A stretch of DNA of 64,000 bases from an uncultured Hyphomicrobiales bacterium (GTDB lineage: Bacteria; Bacteroidota; Ignavibacteria; Kapaibacteriales; UBA2268), in the NCBI GenBank assembly GCA_964454445.1, contig CAYVTD010000003.1:7300-71299 (forward strand). Reading direction: 5' to 3'. The notes beneath the pieces were generated by a model, which worked only from the letters and a program-made list of their open reading frames with translations, had not been told where the DNA came from and did no database searches. Shown piece after piece: positions 36,777-47,038 of the stretch. How positions within the stretch are numbered: the first letter of the stretch is position 1; each line of letters opens with the position of its first letter. Position numbers and translations under genes: made by a program.

Positions 36777-39293
36777 ATGAAACATTATTTGACTTTAATT
36801 TTGATGCTTACAATGGCTTATTCTTTATATGGTCAATCAATTATCAAAGAAATAGACAAGCAAGAGAAGATTACTAGCAAGAGTAACAAGATTCTCGAAT
36901 TATTACCGAAAGATTTTCCGGAAATAACAATAAATGCTTCTAATAATCCAGCGCCTGGCAACCTGCTTCTTTCAGTTTTTAGCCAGGATACAAATATAAC
37001 AAGTTACGTAATGGTTCTCGATTCCCTTGCAAATCCAGTGCTTTACAGAAAGCCGATGCTTGCCGGCATCGACTTGAAAATGACTCCAAACGGTTTGTTT
37101 TCTTATGAAGATGCGATTATGCCCGCAGAAACGCACAGTATCGCCGGACGGCTTACGCAAAATGCAAAGGCAATAGTATATTTATTAGACACCAGCTTCA
37201 ATCTTGTTGATAGTGTCCAATGTAAAAACGGATACTACTCGGACACACACGAATTTCGTATGTTGCCTAATGGTAATTATCTTATGCTTGCATTCGAATC
37301 AGTTCCAGTTGATATGAGCAAGGAAGTTGCTGGGGGCAACCCTAATGCGGTTGTTATTGGCTCGGTAATTCAAGAGCTTGACAAGGATAAAAATTGTGTT
37401 TTTCAATGGAGGGGTTTAGATCATATACCTGTTACTCAAACATTTTCAAATACTTTAAATGCCAGCTTCGAGCATTTGCATGCCAATTCATTTTTTCTAG
37501 ATACAGATGGCAACTTGATAGTTTCTTTTGCCGCTTCGTTTGAAATTGTTAAAATAGATATGATAACAGGCGAAATTCTTTGGACAATGGGGGGACAGAA
37601 GAACGAGTTTAATATATTAAACGACGACGAATATGCGCCTTTCCATTTTTCGTTGCAACACGATGCAAAGCGTCTCGAAAATGGAAATTTGTTATTTTAT
37701 GACAATGGTTTTGCCAAAATTAAACCATTTTCGAGAGCTGTCGAATTCGAATTTGATGAGGAAAACAGAACAGCCACAAAAGTTTGGGAATATCATCGAA
37801 ATCCTGATATTGCGGCATTTGCAATGGGTTCGGCACAGCGCCTTGAGAATGGTAACACATTGATTGGTTGGGGTTTGATACTCGAAGGCGACCATAGAAC
37901 AGTAACAGAGGTAACCTCCGACAAAGAAGTTGTTTATGAGTTGTCTCTTCCTGCTGATGCTTATAGCTATAGGGGCTTGAAATATCAATTTCCAGTCTGC
38001 CAGCCGATTGCCAATGCAACTCTGTCAGAGGCACTTAAGGGCAACACATATAAGTTTAACAAAAATGGGAGCAATGTAGGCACTGAAATTTATTTAAAAG
38101 AATTAAATGCTTTTATGTATAACTATATGACAATGAAAAAGTACGATTGCTCGCCTATGAATCCCGAATTTGAGGGAGAAGCTCCAGTTTTGATACCATA
38201 TAGATATACTTTTACCACAAGATTTGTTTATTCTGTTGGTGGTGAGCTTCGTTTTGACATAAGCAAGTTACCAGCCCGTTATAATTATGATAAGATGAAG
38301 GTATTTCACCGATTGACGGAGGGAAGCGGTACTTTTACCGAATTACCCACTCATTTGGATACCGATAATAATAAATTAGTGGCAGTGATTTCTGATACAG
38401 GCGAGTATGTAATCGGCTTCGTAAGGGAAGCTGAAAGGCTCGATCCGCCCCGTCTTATGCTCCCATATAATAATGCTCTTCTGCTAAATAACGACATTGT
38501 AACGCTTGTTTGGTCTTCTACGGGACGCTACGACTATTTTGTAATGGAGCTATCTGATGATGACAAATTTTTGAATATCATTGTGATTAAAGATAGTATA
38601 AAAGAGACATCATTACCGTCTATGCTCCAGCGAAACAAGGAGTATTTCTGGAGAGTGAAAACCCGGTACAGGGATTTGGAAAGCGATTGGTCGGAAACAT
38701 GGAAATTCAGGTTCTCAGATCCATTTTTATCGATTGATTACCCTGTGGCAGAAGAGGTTTTATTAAAAGATTCTATTGCTGTTATTCGCTGGACAACAAA
38801 TCTACCTGATTCTCTTTCTATTCGGCTATACAAAAATGGTGTAGAAATTGCTTTGTTAGCCGATTCTTTATATAGTTATTCAAGGGCTTACGCTTGGAAA
38901 ATTTCAAAATCGCTCGTCGATGGCACTGATTATTCTATAAAAATTGCAAGTATCAAAGAAGATGGCATGAGCGAGCAAACCGGCGATTTTACGATTAAAA
39001 GGTTTACTAGTGATGTGGAAGATATCCCATTATCAACTCGCAATCCTCTGCTTATTGCCCCTAATCCGAGCTGTGGCAATACTACAATTTCTTTTGATGC
39101 AAAGAAAAGCGGACAAATGGTTTTAAAGGTTTGTGATATGTTAGGCAATAGTAAAGCTGAATTGACTAAATACATTAGCGAAGGTCAGCATAGTTTTGAT
39201 TTGAATGTAGCCGATCTTCTGCCGGGGGTGTATTATTGTTGTTTAAATCACGACGGCAAAACCTATTTCGAGAAAATTGTTGTAATGCGATAG
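36777..39293 (+). CDS. T9SS-secreted beta-propeller protein, arylsulfotransferase (ASST)-like
   Basis: Signal peptide MKHYLTLILMLTMAYSLYGQ. Propeller-like repeats. The C-terminus ...LIAPNPSCGNTTISFDA...GVYYCCLNHDGKTYFEKIVVMR is a T9SS CTD. Confidence 0.65.
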   Translation: MKHYLTLILMLTMAYSLYGQSIIKEIDKQEKITSKSNKILELLPKDFPEITINASNNPAPGNLLLSVFSQDTNITSYVMVLDSLANPVLYRKPMLAGIDLKMTPNGLFSYEDAIMPAETHSIAGRLTQNAKAIVYLLDTSFNLVDSVQCKNGYYSDTHEFRMLPNGNYLMLAFESVPVDMSKEVAGGNPNAVVIGSVIQELDKDKNCVFQWRGLDHIPVTQTFSNTLNASFEHLHANSFFLDTDGNLIVSFAASFEIVKIDMITGEILWTMGGQKNEFNILNDDEYAPFHFSLQHDAKRLENGNLLFYDNGFAKIKPFSRAVEFEFDEENRTATKVWEYHRNPDIAAFAMGSAQRLENGNTLIGWGLILEGDHRTVTEVTSDKEVVYELSLPADAYSYRGLKYQFPVCQPIANATLSEALKGNTYKFNKNGSNVGTEIYLKELNAFMYNYMTMKKYDCSPMNPEFEGEAPVLIPYRYTFTTRFVYSVGGELRFDISKLPARYNYDKMKVFHRLTEGSGTFTELPTHLDTDNNKLVAVISDTGEYVIGFVREAERLDPPRLMLPYNNALLLNNDIVTLVWSSTGRYDYFVMELSDDDKFLNIIVIKDSIKETSLPSMLQRNKEYFWRVKTRYRDLESDWSETWKFRFSDPFLSIDYPVAEEVLLKDSIAVIRWTTNLPDSLSIRLYKNGVEIALLADSLYSYSRAYAWKISKSLVDGTDYSIKIASIKEDGMSEQTGDFTIKRFTSDVEDIPLSTRNPLLIAPNPSCGNTTISFDAKKSGQMVLKVCDMLGNSKAELTKYISEGQHSFDLNVADLLPGVYYCCLNHDGKTYFEKIVVMR

Positions 39294-39503
39294 GAGAGAC
39301 ATTTTTGTCTGTCTATAAGCATTCTAGTCTGTTTACAGACATTCTCGTTTACTTTTACATTTTGTCAGACAAGAATATCTGACCTACCCAAGAATAATTA
39401 CTGATAGACAGAGCCATAGAGCCTTCTTGAGACTACTATATTTAATAAATTTATCGAGAAGGCAGCCAATTCAATTAATGTAAAAGGCTGATTTGCCAAG
39501 TTT

Positions 39504-40481
39504 TTAAAACAAAATTTTTCCTTTTTCGATAACAAGAAAATCATCAAAATAGACAGTAGGGCTTTTCACCAAGCCGTCGATGTGGCTCTTGACATCGAGA
39601 ATGCCACCCATACCAATGTTGTTGCCAAAAGCAAAGTGGATAGTGCCGAGCACTTTTTCATCTTCGAGGATATTACCACATAATTTTGCAAAAGGATTGG
39701 TGCCGACACCAAACTCGCCAATTGTTTTGCCCATATCGCCAAATTTGTTTAACATTCTGCTTAAGACACGAGCGTCGGAGCTGCCTGTAATGTCTTCCGC
39801 CTTACCATTGACCACATCAACGCGAATATGCCTTTTTAATAGTCCAAGTCCGGAAATTGAACCATCGAAATATATAACCCCATTAACTTTGTCCTCGATA
39901 GGAGCCAGATAGACTTCCCCTGAAGGCAGATTGCCGCTATCGCTGATTGTGCGAAGAACGCCTGTGCTTTGAATAATTCTTCTTCCACCGACTTCAAATG
40001 TAATGTCGGTGCCATTGAGTGTTGTTACTCTTATTTTGGAGACACCCGCCATTCTTTTGGCTACTTTACCTGTAATTTCAACAGTTTCGTTGGGCTCGTT
40101 GCTGAGACAGCGGATCATTGTATCTTCAGTAATACCAGGCATTGTGCCGACTCTCACTCCTTGTTCGGAAGCTTCGCGGCGAGCTTTCGTATGGGTAAAC
40201 GAACGATAAGTCGGCGCAACGACTACATCAACTTCTTTCATTATTTTAGCAATTGCGTCAGGTGGTTCTTCGCCATTATTGCCACGCGACTTCATTTCGA
40301 TATATAAAGCTTCACGGCACATGCCATTAGCCATATCGTATAAAGTTAAGCCGATATCACGCTTCTTCTCGTCGGAGACAACAAGAAGAGTTTCGTCTGG
40401 GGCTAATCCCATATAATTTCTCAAAGCCGCTTTTGCTGCTTTCTGAAACTTTGTTAATCCTGCCATTTCTAAAACCTCCAA
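39504..40481 (-). CDS. Aminopeptidase-like protein (COG2309/M29-like family)
   Basis: 325 aa. Weak family-level resemblance only. Confidence 0.4.
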   Translation of the reverse strand: MEVLEMAGLTKFQKAAKAALRNYMGLAPDETLLVVSDEKKRDIGLTLYDMANGMCREALYIEMKSRGNNGEEPPDAIAKIMKEVDVVVAPTYRSFTHTKARREASEQGVRVGTMPGITEDTMIRCLSNEPNETVEITGKVAKRMAGVSKIRVTTLNGTDITFEVGGRRIIQSTGVLRTISDSGNLPSGEVYLAPIEDKVNGVIYFDGSISGLGLLKRHIRVDVVNGKAEDITGSSDARVLSRMLNKFGDMGKTIGEFGVGTNPFAKLCGNILEDEKVLGTIHFAFGNNIGMGGILDVKSHIDGLVKSPTVYFDDFLVIEKGKILF

Positions 40482-40960
40482 AAAAAGTTATTAAAACAAA
40501 CATGATGGTAAAAAAACTTATTTAATAAATCTTAATTGACTTTACAAATATTCAATATTGGCAATTAAGATTATTTTTTGATGTTTCGATTTGCAAACTA
40601 TAATGATATTATAATAATAGAAATTAGTAAACAGCACAAAAATATAAATAATTTTTTAAAATTAAAATTTTTTTTAATTATTTTTTACAATATGTTAAAT
40701 ATTACTATATATAAATTTTTTATTGTCTCAATACATTATTTGCATAATCTTAAATCAGTTTATACCAGAATTTATTTTAATAAATAAAGAATATTGTTTA
40801 ATGATTAAAAGGAAACTATATTATAGATTATTTTAAAATATTTATTAATATTAATTATCATTACTTATTACCCGGAGTAATTATTGGAGATTTTTGACAA
40901 ATATACAATAAATTTTTTTTGTTATCTATTATTTTATTAATTTTGTAGCTTGTTTATTTT

Positions 40961-41042
40961 GCGGACGTGGCGGAATTGGCAGACGCGCCAGACTTAGGAT
41001 CTGGTGGGGCGACCCGTGGGAGTTCGAGTCTCCCCGTCCGCA
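40961..41042 (+). tRNA. tRNA-Leu (anticodon UAG)
   Basis: Acceptor GCGGACG/CGTCCGC. Anticodon stem CCAGA/TCTGG with loop ct-TAG-ga. Long variable arm. T-arm GGTTCGAGTCC. Confidence 0.85.
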
Positions 41043-41078
41043 CTCTAATTGTAAAAGCTAATAATAAAAGGTGATAAT

Positions 41079-42362
41079 TTGGAAAAAAACTTAACAATTA
41101 TTGATGCCTCACACGGACAATTGACCGTGGATCTCTCTAATAACGAGCTTCAGCCCTACTATGAAAAAACTTATCGGGATGCTCAACGAAATATCGATTT
41201 GAAAGGATTTCGTAAAGGCAAAGTGCCAATAAATTTAATCAAAAAGATGTTTGGCAAGCAGCTAGATGCCGATAGTATCGAAGAAGCAATTTCCGAATCG
41301 CTTAAGAAGATTTTTTCTGAAGATAAGATTAAAGCTGTTGGTCAGCCCAAAGTTACGAAACTTGATCATAAAGATGACGGCATTACTTTCACTCTTGAAT
41401 TCGATAAAATACCTGATTTTGAATTGAAAGATTATCGTGGTATTAGCATTGGCGAGCCAGTCCATCGTGTTACCGACGAGGAAGTCGAGGAGGAAATAGC
41501 AAGAATATTGTTAAACAACGGCACTTTGCATCTTGTCGAACAGGTGAGCGACGAAAACCATATCGTTCAGGTTACGCTCGAAGAAATTGACAAAAGCACT
41601 GGTGAGGTTGACAAAAGCCAGAAGGCGCAGGAAACCAGCGTTTTCCTTGGCTCAGAGACCGTTCTACCAGAATTGAAAACTTCACTCATCAATTTAAAAG
41701 CTGGCGATTCTTTCAATTTCAACCCTGCTGCTCAGGAAGTTGGCGCTCCCGATAAGACCTTTAAAGTTACCGTTAAAGAAATCCAGCAAATTGTGCCGGT
41801 TGAGTTCACCAATGAGTTCGTAAAAAATTATACTTCTAATAAATTTGTATCAACAGAAGAATTTAGAGAAGAAACTGGTTTCCAATTGCAAGAAAAATGG
41901 GACAATAAAAGCCGCCAAAAAATGGAAGACCAACTTGTGGACAGCATCGTCCAAATGCATGATTTCGAGCCTCCTGAAACGCTTGTCAATACTGCTTTGC
42001 AATCCTTTGTTGACAATATTAAAGAGCAATACAAGGGGCAACCTAATGCAGAACAGTTTACAGTTGAATCATTTGGCGAAGGACTTCGCCCTTTAGCTAT
42101 TCGAACTGTGAAATGGGACCTTATTCAGGAAAAAATTATTGAAAAAGAAGGGCTTGAGGTCGAAGATACCGATATTGAAAGTCTAATAGAATATAATCTC
42201 CAGAACATCAAAGGCGACAGAGAAACAATAAGGAAATCTTTGATGAGCAATCACAACATCACTGGCAGGGTCCTTGCAAAAAAGGTAATGGATTTCTTGA
42301 TGGATTTTGCGATAACTCAAGAAACAGATTTCGATGGTAACCCACTCGAAGAAGAGGACTAA
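41079..42362 (+). CDS. tig: Trigger factor
   Basis: N-terminal ribosome-binding domain pattern (GFRKGKVP). Length 427 aa. Confidence 0.9.
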   Translation: MEKNLTIIDASHGQLTVDLSNNELQPYYEKTYRDAQRNIDLKGFRKGKVPINLIKKMFGKQLDADSIEEAISESLKKIFSEDKIKAVGQPKVTKLDHKDDGITFTLEFDKIPDFELKDYRGISIGEPVHRVTDEEVEEEIARILLNNGTLHLVEQVSDENHIVQVTLEEIDKSTGEVDKSQKAQETSVFLGSETVLPELKTSLINLKAGDSFNFNPAAQEVGAPDKTFKVTVKEIQQIVPVEFTNEFVKNYTSNKFVSTEEFREETGFQLQEKWDNKSRQKMEDQLVDSIVQMHDFEPPETLVNTALQSFVDNIKEQYKGQPNAEQFTVESFGEGLRPLAIRTVKWDLIQEKIIEKEGLEVEDTDIESLIEYNLQNIKGDRETIRKSLMSNHNITGRVLAKKVMDFLMDFAITQETDFDGNPLEEED

Positions 42363-42368
42363 GGCCTA

Positions 42369-43673
42369 CTATTCTAATAGCAAGCCGCTGATTCTAAGCA
42401 ATTCAGCCTGACTTTGCTTGTAATTGTATTTGGCAGAGACGAGTCTACTAAATGCTTGCACATAAGTTTTCTGGGCTTCTCTTAAATCCAAAGGCGAATA
42501 TGTGCCAAGTTTTAATTGCTCATAGGCGATGTCGAGAGCTTCTTTGGCTGCAATGACATTTTCATTTTCGAGTTCGACGATTTCAAGTTGTTTGCTATAA
42601 TGGCTATATGCGATTCTCAATTCTGTGACTACCCTTAATTTAGTTTGCGAAAAGAGCAGTTCGTTGTTTTCGAGCATAATCCTTGCGTTTTGCGACTGGA
42701 TAGAGGTGTTCATTCCATTGAATAAATTCATACTAAAATTAACACCATATCTGAAGGACAAGCTCGTATTACGAGCCATAAATCCTGATTCCGAGCGGGA
42801 ATCTGACAGTTCATAATTGGCAAATAACCTGATGTTTGGATAATACATAGATTCGCTTATTGTAACGTTGTTTTTTGCGGCAGAAATAGATTTTTCTGCA
42901 AGAATAATGTCTTTGTTTCTTTTTAGAGCATAATCCAACAAAACAGAGAATTCCAGATGTTCGTTCATATCGATGGAATCGGTAACGACGAATTGAGTTT
43001 CTGGATCACGAGCGAGCAATTCGTTGAGCGAGTATTGAAGCTGTTGTATTCTCGATTCTATCTGTAATTTGTCGCTTTTGTCGCTGTTGTAATATACTTT
43101 TGCCTGCAAGAAGTCGAGTTTTGACGAAGAGCCAAGCTGAAACCTTTCGTCGAATATTCGTAATCGCTCCGCTGAAAAATCGATGGCTTGTTCTGTTGCA
43201 CTTAAGATAGTATTTTGAGTAACTATATCGTAATATAGTCGATAGACGTCCAAGGCAGTTTGCTCCATATTTTTTTGTAACTCTTCGAGCGCGGCTTCGT
43301 CGAGCGTTTCGAGCATTTCTTTTGTTGCAAACATTTTCATACCGTCGAAAATTTGCCAGTTCACCTCGGCTGTGGCTAAAAGTGATTTGCTTGATGCACC
43401 TGTTTTTTCAATAGATTGACCGCTGAAAAAATTTTGCTTAACATTTTGAGTACTTTTGGTATAATTACCTAGTAAATCGACTGATGGTAGAAAGCCTGCG
43501 TTACCGAAAGAGTTATTGTTTGAAGCAATTATAGCAAAATTCTTTTCTATTTGTACTGAATAGCAGTTTCGGAGTGCAATGTTCTTCGCTTGTTCGAACG
43601 AGAGTTCCTCTTGTGAGAATGTGAGTGAATAATTAAGGAAAGCAAATAAAGCAATAACATTTATTAATTTCAT
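42369..43673 (-). CDS. TolC-family outer membrane efflux protein
   Basis: Signal peptide. Two-repeat OEP architecture. Length 434 aa. Confidence 0.8.
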   Translation of the reverse strand: MKLINVIALFAFLNYSLTFSQEELSFEQAKNIALRNCYSVQIEKNFAIIASNNNSFGNAGFLPSVDLLGNYTKSTQNVKQNFFSGQSIEKTGASSKSLLATAEVNWQIFDGMKMFATKEMLETLDEAALEELQKNMEQTALDVYRLYYDIVTQNTILSATEQAIDFSAERLRIFDERFQLGSSSKLDFLQAKVYYNSDKSDKLQIESRIQQLQYSLNELLARDPETQFVVTDSIDMNEHLEFSVLLDYALKRNKDIILAEKSISAAKNNVTISESMYYPNIRLFANYELSDSRSESGFMARNTSLSFRYGVNFSMNLFNGMNTSIQSQNARIMLENNELLFSQTKLRVVTELRIAYSHYSKQLEIVELENENVIAAKEALDIAYEQLKLGTYSPLDLREAQKTYVQAFSRLVSAKYNYKQSQAELLRISGLLLE

Positions 43674-43697
43674 TTTTTATCTCTTATTTTTAATAAA

Positions 43698-45542
43698 TTA
43701 ATCAGGAATAACAACAGCATGAGTAGAATCTGAAACTTGTTGAAAAAGCTCCCAAGGATAGCGATAACTATCAGGGAAGAAATAAGCTTTATAAATCTCT
43801 CTTGCTATTGGTGCAGCTGATTCGCTGCCATAGCCGCCATTTTGCACCATCACCGTAACCACAATCTCCGGTTTATCGTAAGGGGCAAAGCTTGTGAACC
43901 AGGAGTGAGATCTATTAGGTGGATTTTGGGCTGTTCCTGTTTTTCCACAAATAAAGATACCGGGCAATCTTACATTTTGGGCAGTTCCACCTGGGAGATT
44001 GACAGCACCGTACATACCTTTTTTAACAGTTCTGAAAATATCTTTTCGGATAGGTAGCTCTCTTTGGTTAAAGTCAATTCTTTCTTTTTTAAATGTAATA
44101 TTGTTATACATATCCCTAACAATGTGAGGTTGATAATAGGTACCTTCGTTAGCAATGGTGGAAGTATAGGCAGCTATTTGAAGAGGGGTAACAGTTAGTT
44201 CACCTTGCCCAATACCGTAATTGATAATCATTCCTTTGGGGATACTGTTGAGTTTTTTATTCTTATTCAACCATTCTCTTGTAGGAAGTATGCCAGAGCG
44301 TTCTCCGGGGATATCAATACCTGTCGGGGCGCCAAATCCGAACATTTTTGCATATTTGATAATGTTGTCAAAACCGATCATCAGCGAAAGTTTATAATAA
44401 AAAACATTGCAAGATACCCTGATAGAGTTTTCGACATTGTAATCGCCTGGTGGGGCGTGGCATCCGGCTTTTCTATTTCCCAACTGGAAAAAGCCATCGC
44501 TATGTATCATCGAATTTGAGTTAATAATACCCTCTTGCAAGCCAGCTATTGCCATTAACATTTTAATTGTCGAGCCGGGAGGGAATTTGGATTGAATAGC
44601 CCGGTTTAGCATAGGATATGACTTGTTATTGTATAAATAATCAGAGAACTCTTGTGAAATCTTGCCGGTAAACGAGCGCAAATCGAAATCAGGGCTGCTA
44701 GCAAGAGCAAGAATCTCACCATTACGAGGATCCATTACTATGACAGTGCCTTTTTTTCCTTTCAAAAGATTCTCGGAAATAGTCTGCAAACGCGAGTCTA
44801 TGGTCAGATACAAATCAAATCCATTTCTTGAAGGCAGATCGATACGTCCTTTGTCGAAGCTTTCAATAACTTCTCCTTGCCGGTTTACAGCAATAAATTT
44901 TACTCCTTTCGAGCCAAAAAGCTCGCTATTGTAACTATTTTCGAGGCCTGACTGCCCGATGATGTCTCCTGACTTAAAAAATTCCATCTTTTTTAATTGC
45001 TTCTCATTGATTTCGCGTGTAAAGCCCAACACGTGCGTCATCTTACACGAATCTCCGAGCATGTATAGTCGTTTTGATTCATTAATCACATCAATACCTG
45101 GGAGTAATTCAGAATTTTCTTCGATTTCTACGAGTTTTTCGTAACTAATATCGCGATAGATTTTTATAGGCGAGAAGATTATGTCCCGATAATTGCTGTT
45201 GAGAAGCTTATTAATAAATTTTGTATCTAAATCCAAAATGGAATACAATAATGGCAGGGCCTCTTCTTTAAAGAGATGTGGTGTTAGCGTTACAGTAAAT
45301 GATGGCTCGTTGTGGACTAATAGTTTGTTGTTCCTGTCAAAAATATTACCTCGAAATGGCTCGACAACATTTTCTTTTATTGCCTGTGCTTCGCTTTTTA
45401 ATCTAAGCACATTTCCTGAGATTATCTGGAGGTAAGCAAGTCGTCCTGTAAAGATAATAGCAATACAGACAAGAATAACAAGAAAGATATTCTGGCGTAT
45501 CTTCGAGGCAAATTCTGGATTTACATCATAAACTTCTGGCAT
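43698..45542 (-). CDS. mrdA: Penicillin-binding protein 2 / peptidoglycan D,D-transpeptidase
   Basis: N-terminal TM anchor, FRGNIFDRNNKLL dimerisation-domain motif, and the motifs STIK (SxxK), SCN (SxN) and KTGTA. Confidence 0.8.
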   Translation of the reverse strand: MPEVYDVNPEFASKIRQNIFLVILVCIAIIFTGRLAYLQIISGNVLRLKSEAQAIKENVVEPFRGNIFDRNNKLLVHNEPSFTVTLTPHLFKEEALPLLYSILDLDTKFINKLLNSNYRDIIFSPIKIYRDISYEKLVEIEENSELLPGIDVINESKRLYMLGDSCKMTHVLGFTREINEKQLKKMEFFKSGDIIGQSGLENSYNSELFGSKGVKFIAVNRQGEVIESFDKGRIDLPSRNGFDLYLTIDSRLQTISENLLKGKKGTVIVMDPRNGEILALASSPDFDLRSFTGKISQEFSDYLYNNKSYPMLNRAIQSKFPPGSTIKMLMAIAGLQEGIINSNSMIHSDGFFQLGNRKAGCHAPPGDYNVENSIRVSCNVFYYKLSLMIGFDNIIKYAKMFGFGAPTGIDIPGERSGILPTREWLNKNKKLNSIPKGMIINYGIGQGELTVTPLQIAAYTSTIANEGTYYQPHIVRDMYNNITFKKERIDFNQRELPIRKDIFRTVKKGMYGAVNLPGGTAQNVRLPGIFICGKTGTAQNPPNRSHSWFTSFAPYDKPEIVVTVMVQNGGYGSESAAPIAREIYKAYFFPDSYRYPWELFQQVSDSTHAVVIPD

Positions 45543-45712
45543 TTATACTATCCAAAAAAATATTTTTTTAATTAATTGCGACAAATATATAATTTTCAAT
45601 AATTAGAGACGTATTAAAGAATTCAAACACAAAAAAAAGATTTTGATTTGATTTTTTAAGACGTTTCAATGATAAAATTTATGCAAAAATACGTAATTTT
45701 CTTGATGCAACA

Positions 45713-46114
45713 ATGATAAATAAAATAATTGATATCCTTCAGTTTCGCGAAAGCAGCGAGGCAGACAATGAAACTGACCAGCCATCGGTAACAACTGGTT
45801 CGGTTGTGTGGGGAGTGATATTGCGTTCTGCAATTATCATAACAGCTAGCTTCTTATTTGTAAATCCCTTGTATATTCGACAGTATTGGTGGATTATTCT
45901 GTTTGCTCTCTGGGGACTTGTTTTTTATCCTGCATACCGGCAATATCAAAGTTACAACAAGCGGATAAAAACTCTCGAAGACGAGACTTTGTGTGGTTCG
46001 TGCAAGCATTTCGATTCGACTGGGCAAATGTGCAGACTTTACGATCAGCATATAAGCCGCAACCATATACCTTGCGAAGGGCTCGATTGGGAACCAAAGA
46101 ACTTTGAACTGTAA
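45713..46114 (+). CDS. Hypothetical membrane protein with a C-terminal Cys-rich (zinc-ribbon-like) tail
   Basis: Two predicted TM helices. The tail is CGSCKHF...CRLYDQH...IPCEG. Confidence 0.4.
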   Translation: MINKIIDILQFRESSEADNETDQPSVTTGSVVWGVILRSAIIITASFLFVNPLYIRQYWWIILFALWGLVFYPAYRQYQSYNKRIKTLEDETLCGSCKHFDSTGQMCRLYDQHISRNHIPCEGLDWEPKNFEL

Positions 46115-46153
46115 AAACCAATAAAGTTAGTTACAATTACATACAAGTCAATA

Positions 46154-46561
46154 TTAGTTAGTCTTTTTAAATGCTGATATCAGGAATGAAGTAAAAGAGA
46201 GGTTTTGCTCCAATTCCATTTTCTTTTTCTCATCGCTAAGCATTTGTTTGGCAAAGTCGTGGCTAAGAGCTTTATTTTCTTCGATAGATATTGTTTCGTT
46301 GAAAGTAGGATCTTCTGTGAGGTCTGAGATAAGGTTGATATTGTGGTCGGTTGCACCGACAAGCAAAGTCTTTTCGTCTGCTTTTATAATATAAAGATGC
46401 GTTTTTGGCTGCAAGCTTATTCTGGATAGTATCTTGAGTTCCAAGCCGCTGTTAGAGACATTTTTTTTGATTACGAGGCGTTTTACTAAATAAAGGCTTA
46501 ATGCAATAACTGCAACGGCTATACCTAATGTGAAAAATGCTTTGAACATTGTATCATCCAT
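46154..46561 (-). CDS. fliO: Flagellar biosynthesis protein FliO-like
   Basis: Single N-terminal TM helix followed by LKILSRISLQPKTHLYIIKADEKTLLVGATD (the FliO motif). It lies downstream of fliN. Confidence 0.55.
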   Translation of the reverse strand: MDDTMFKAFFTLGIAVAVIALSLYLVKRLVIKKNVSNSGLELKILSRISLQPKTHLYIIKADEKTLLVGATDHNINLISDLTEDPTFNETISIEENKALSHDFAKQMLSDEKKKMELEQNLSFTSFLISAFKKTN

Positions 46562-46600
46562 GATACGAATTACTCCTGTGAATGAGAAAAAACAATATAA

Positions 46601-47035
46601 CTATCTTTTAACAGAGCGCAAGCGGTCGGTAGGATCAACCAGCGTTGTAATACGAATACCGAAATGCTTGTCGATGACAACGACTTCGCCTTCAGCCACT
46701 TTCTTTCCATTAATCAACACATCGACTGGCTCGCTAACGAGTTTTTCAAATTCGATAACAGATCCTCTGCCAAGCCGGAGGATTTCGCGAATAAGCATGT
46801 TTGTCCGCCCGAGTTCGATGGAAACAGGCAATTGTAAGTCGTAAAGAAGCTCGAGTTTAGGATCTAAAGGTGAATAAATAGTGCTATCACTAGGAAAATC
46901 CAAGTCAGGAAATTTATCTTTTTTTCCAGCATCTTTACTTTTTTCCGATTCTTGTTGCTCTGCTTGTTCATCATCTAGATCAGCGAGGTTACCTGTATTA
47001 ATAAGAGCATCGATTTCGTCTTGAGACATAGTCAT
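46601..47035 (-). CDS. fliN: Flagellar motor switch protein FliN
   Basis: The SpoA domain LPVSIELGRTNMLIREILRLGRGSVIEFEKLVSEPVDVLINGKKVAEGEVVVIDKHFGIRIT is nearly collinear with E. coli FliN. Confidence 0.85.
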   Translation of the reverse strand: MTMSQDEIDALINTGNLADLDDEQAEQQESEKSKDAGKKDKFPDLDFPSDSTIYSPLDPKLELLYDLQLPVSIELGRTNMLIREILRLGRGSVIEFEKLVSEPVDVLINGKKVAEGEVVVIDKHFGIRITTLVDPTDRLRSVKR

Positions 47036-47038
47036 ATA

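Noticed and set aside
39294-39503. Short gtctgt-containing repeats and an imperfect palindrome in the intergenic region after the ASST-like gene
   Set aside because: They are too degenerate and short to distinguish from chance in AT-rich DNA. It is probably just a terminator or promoter region.
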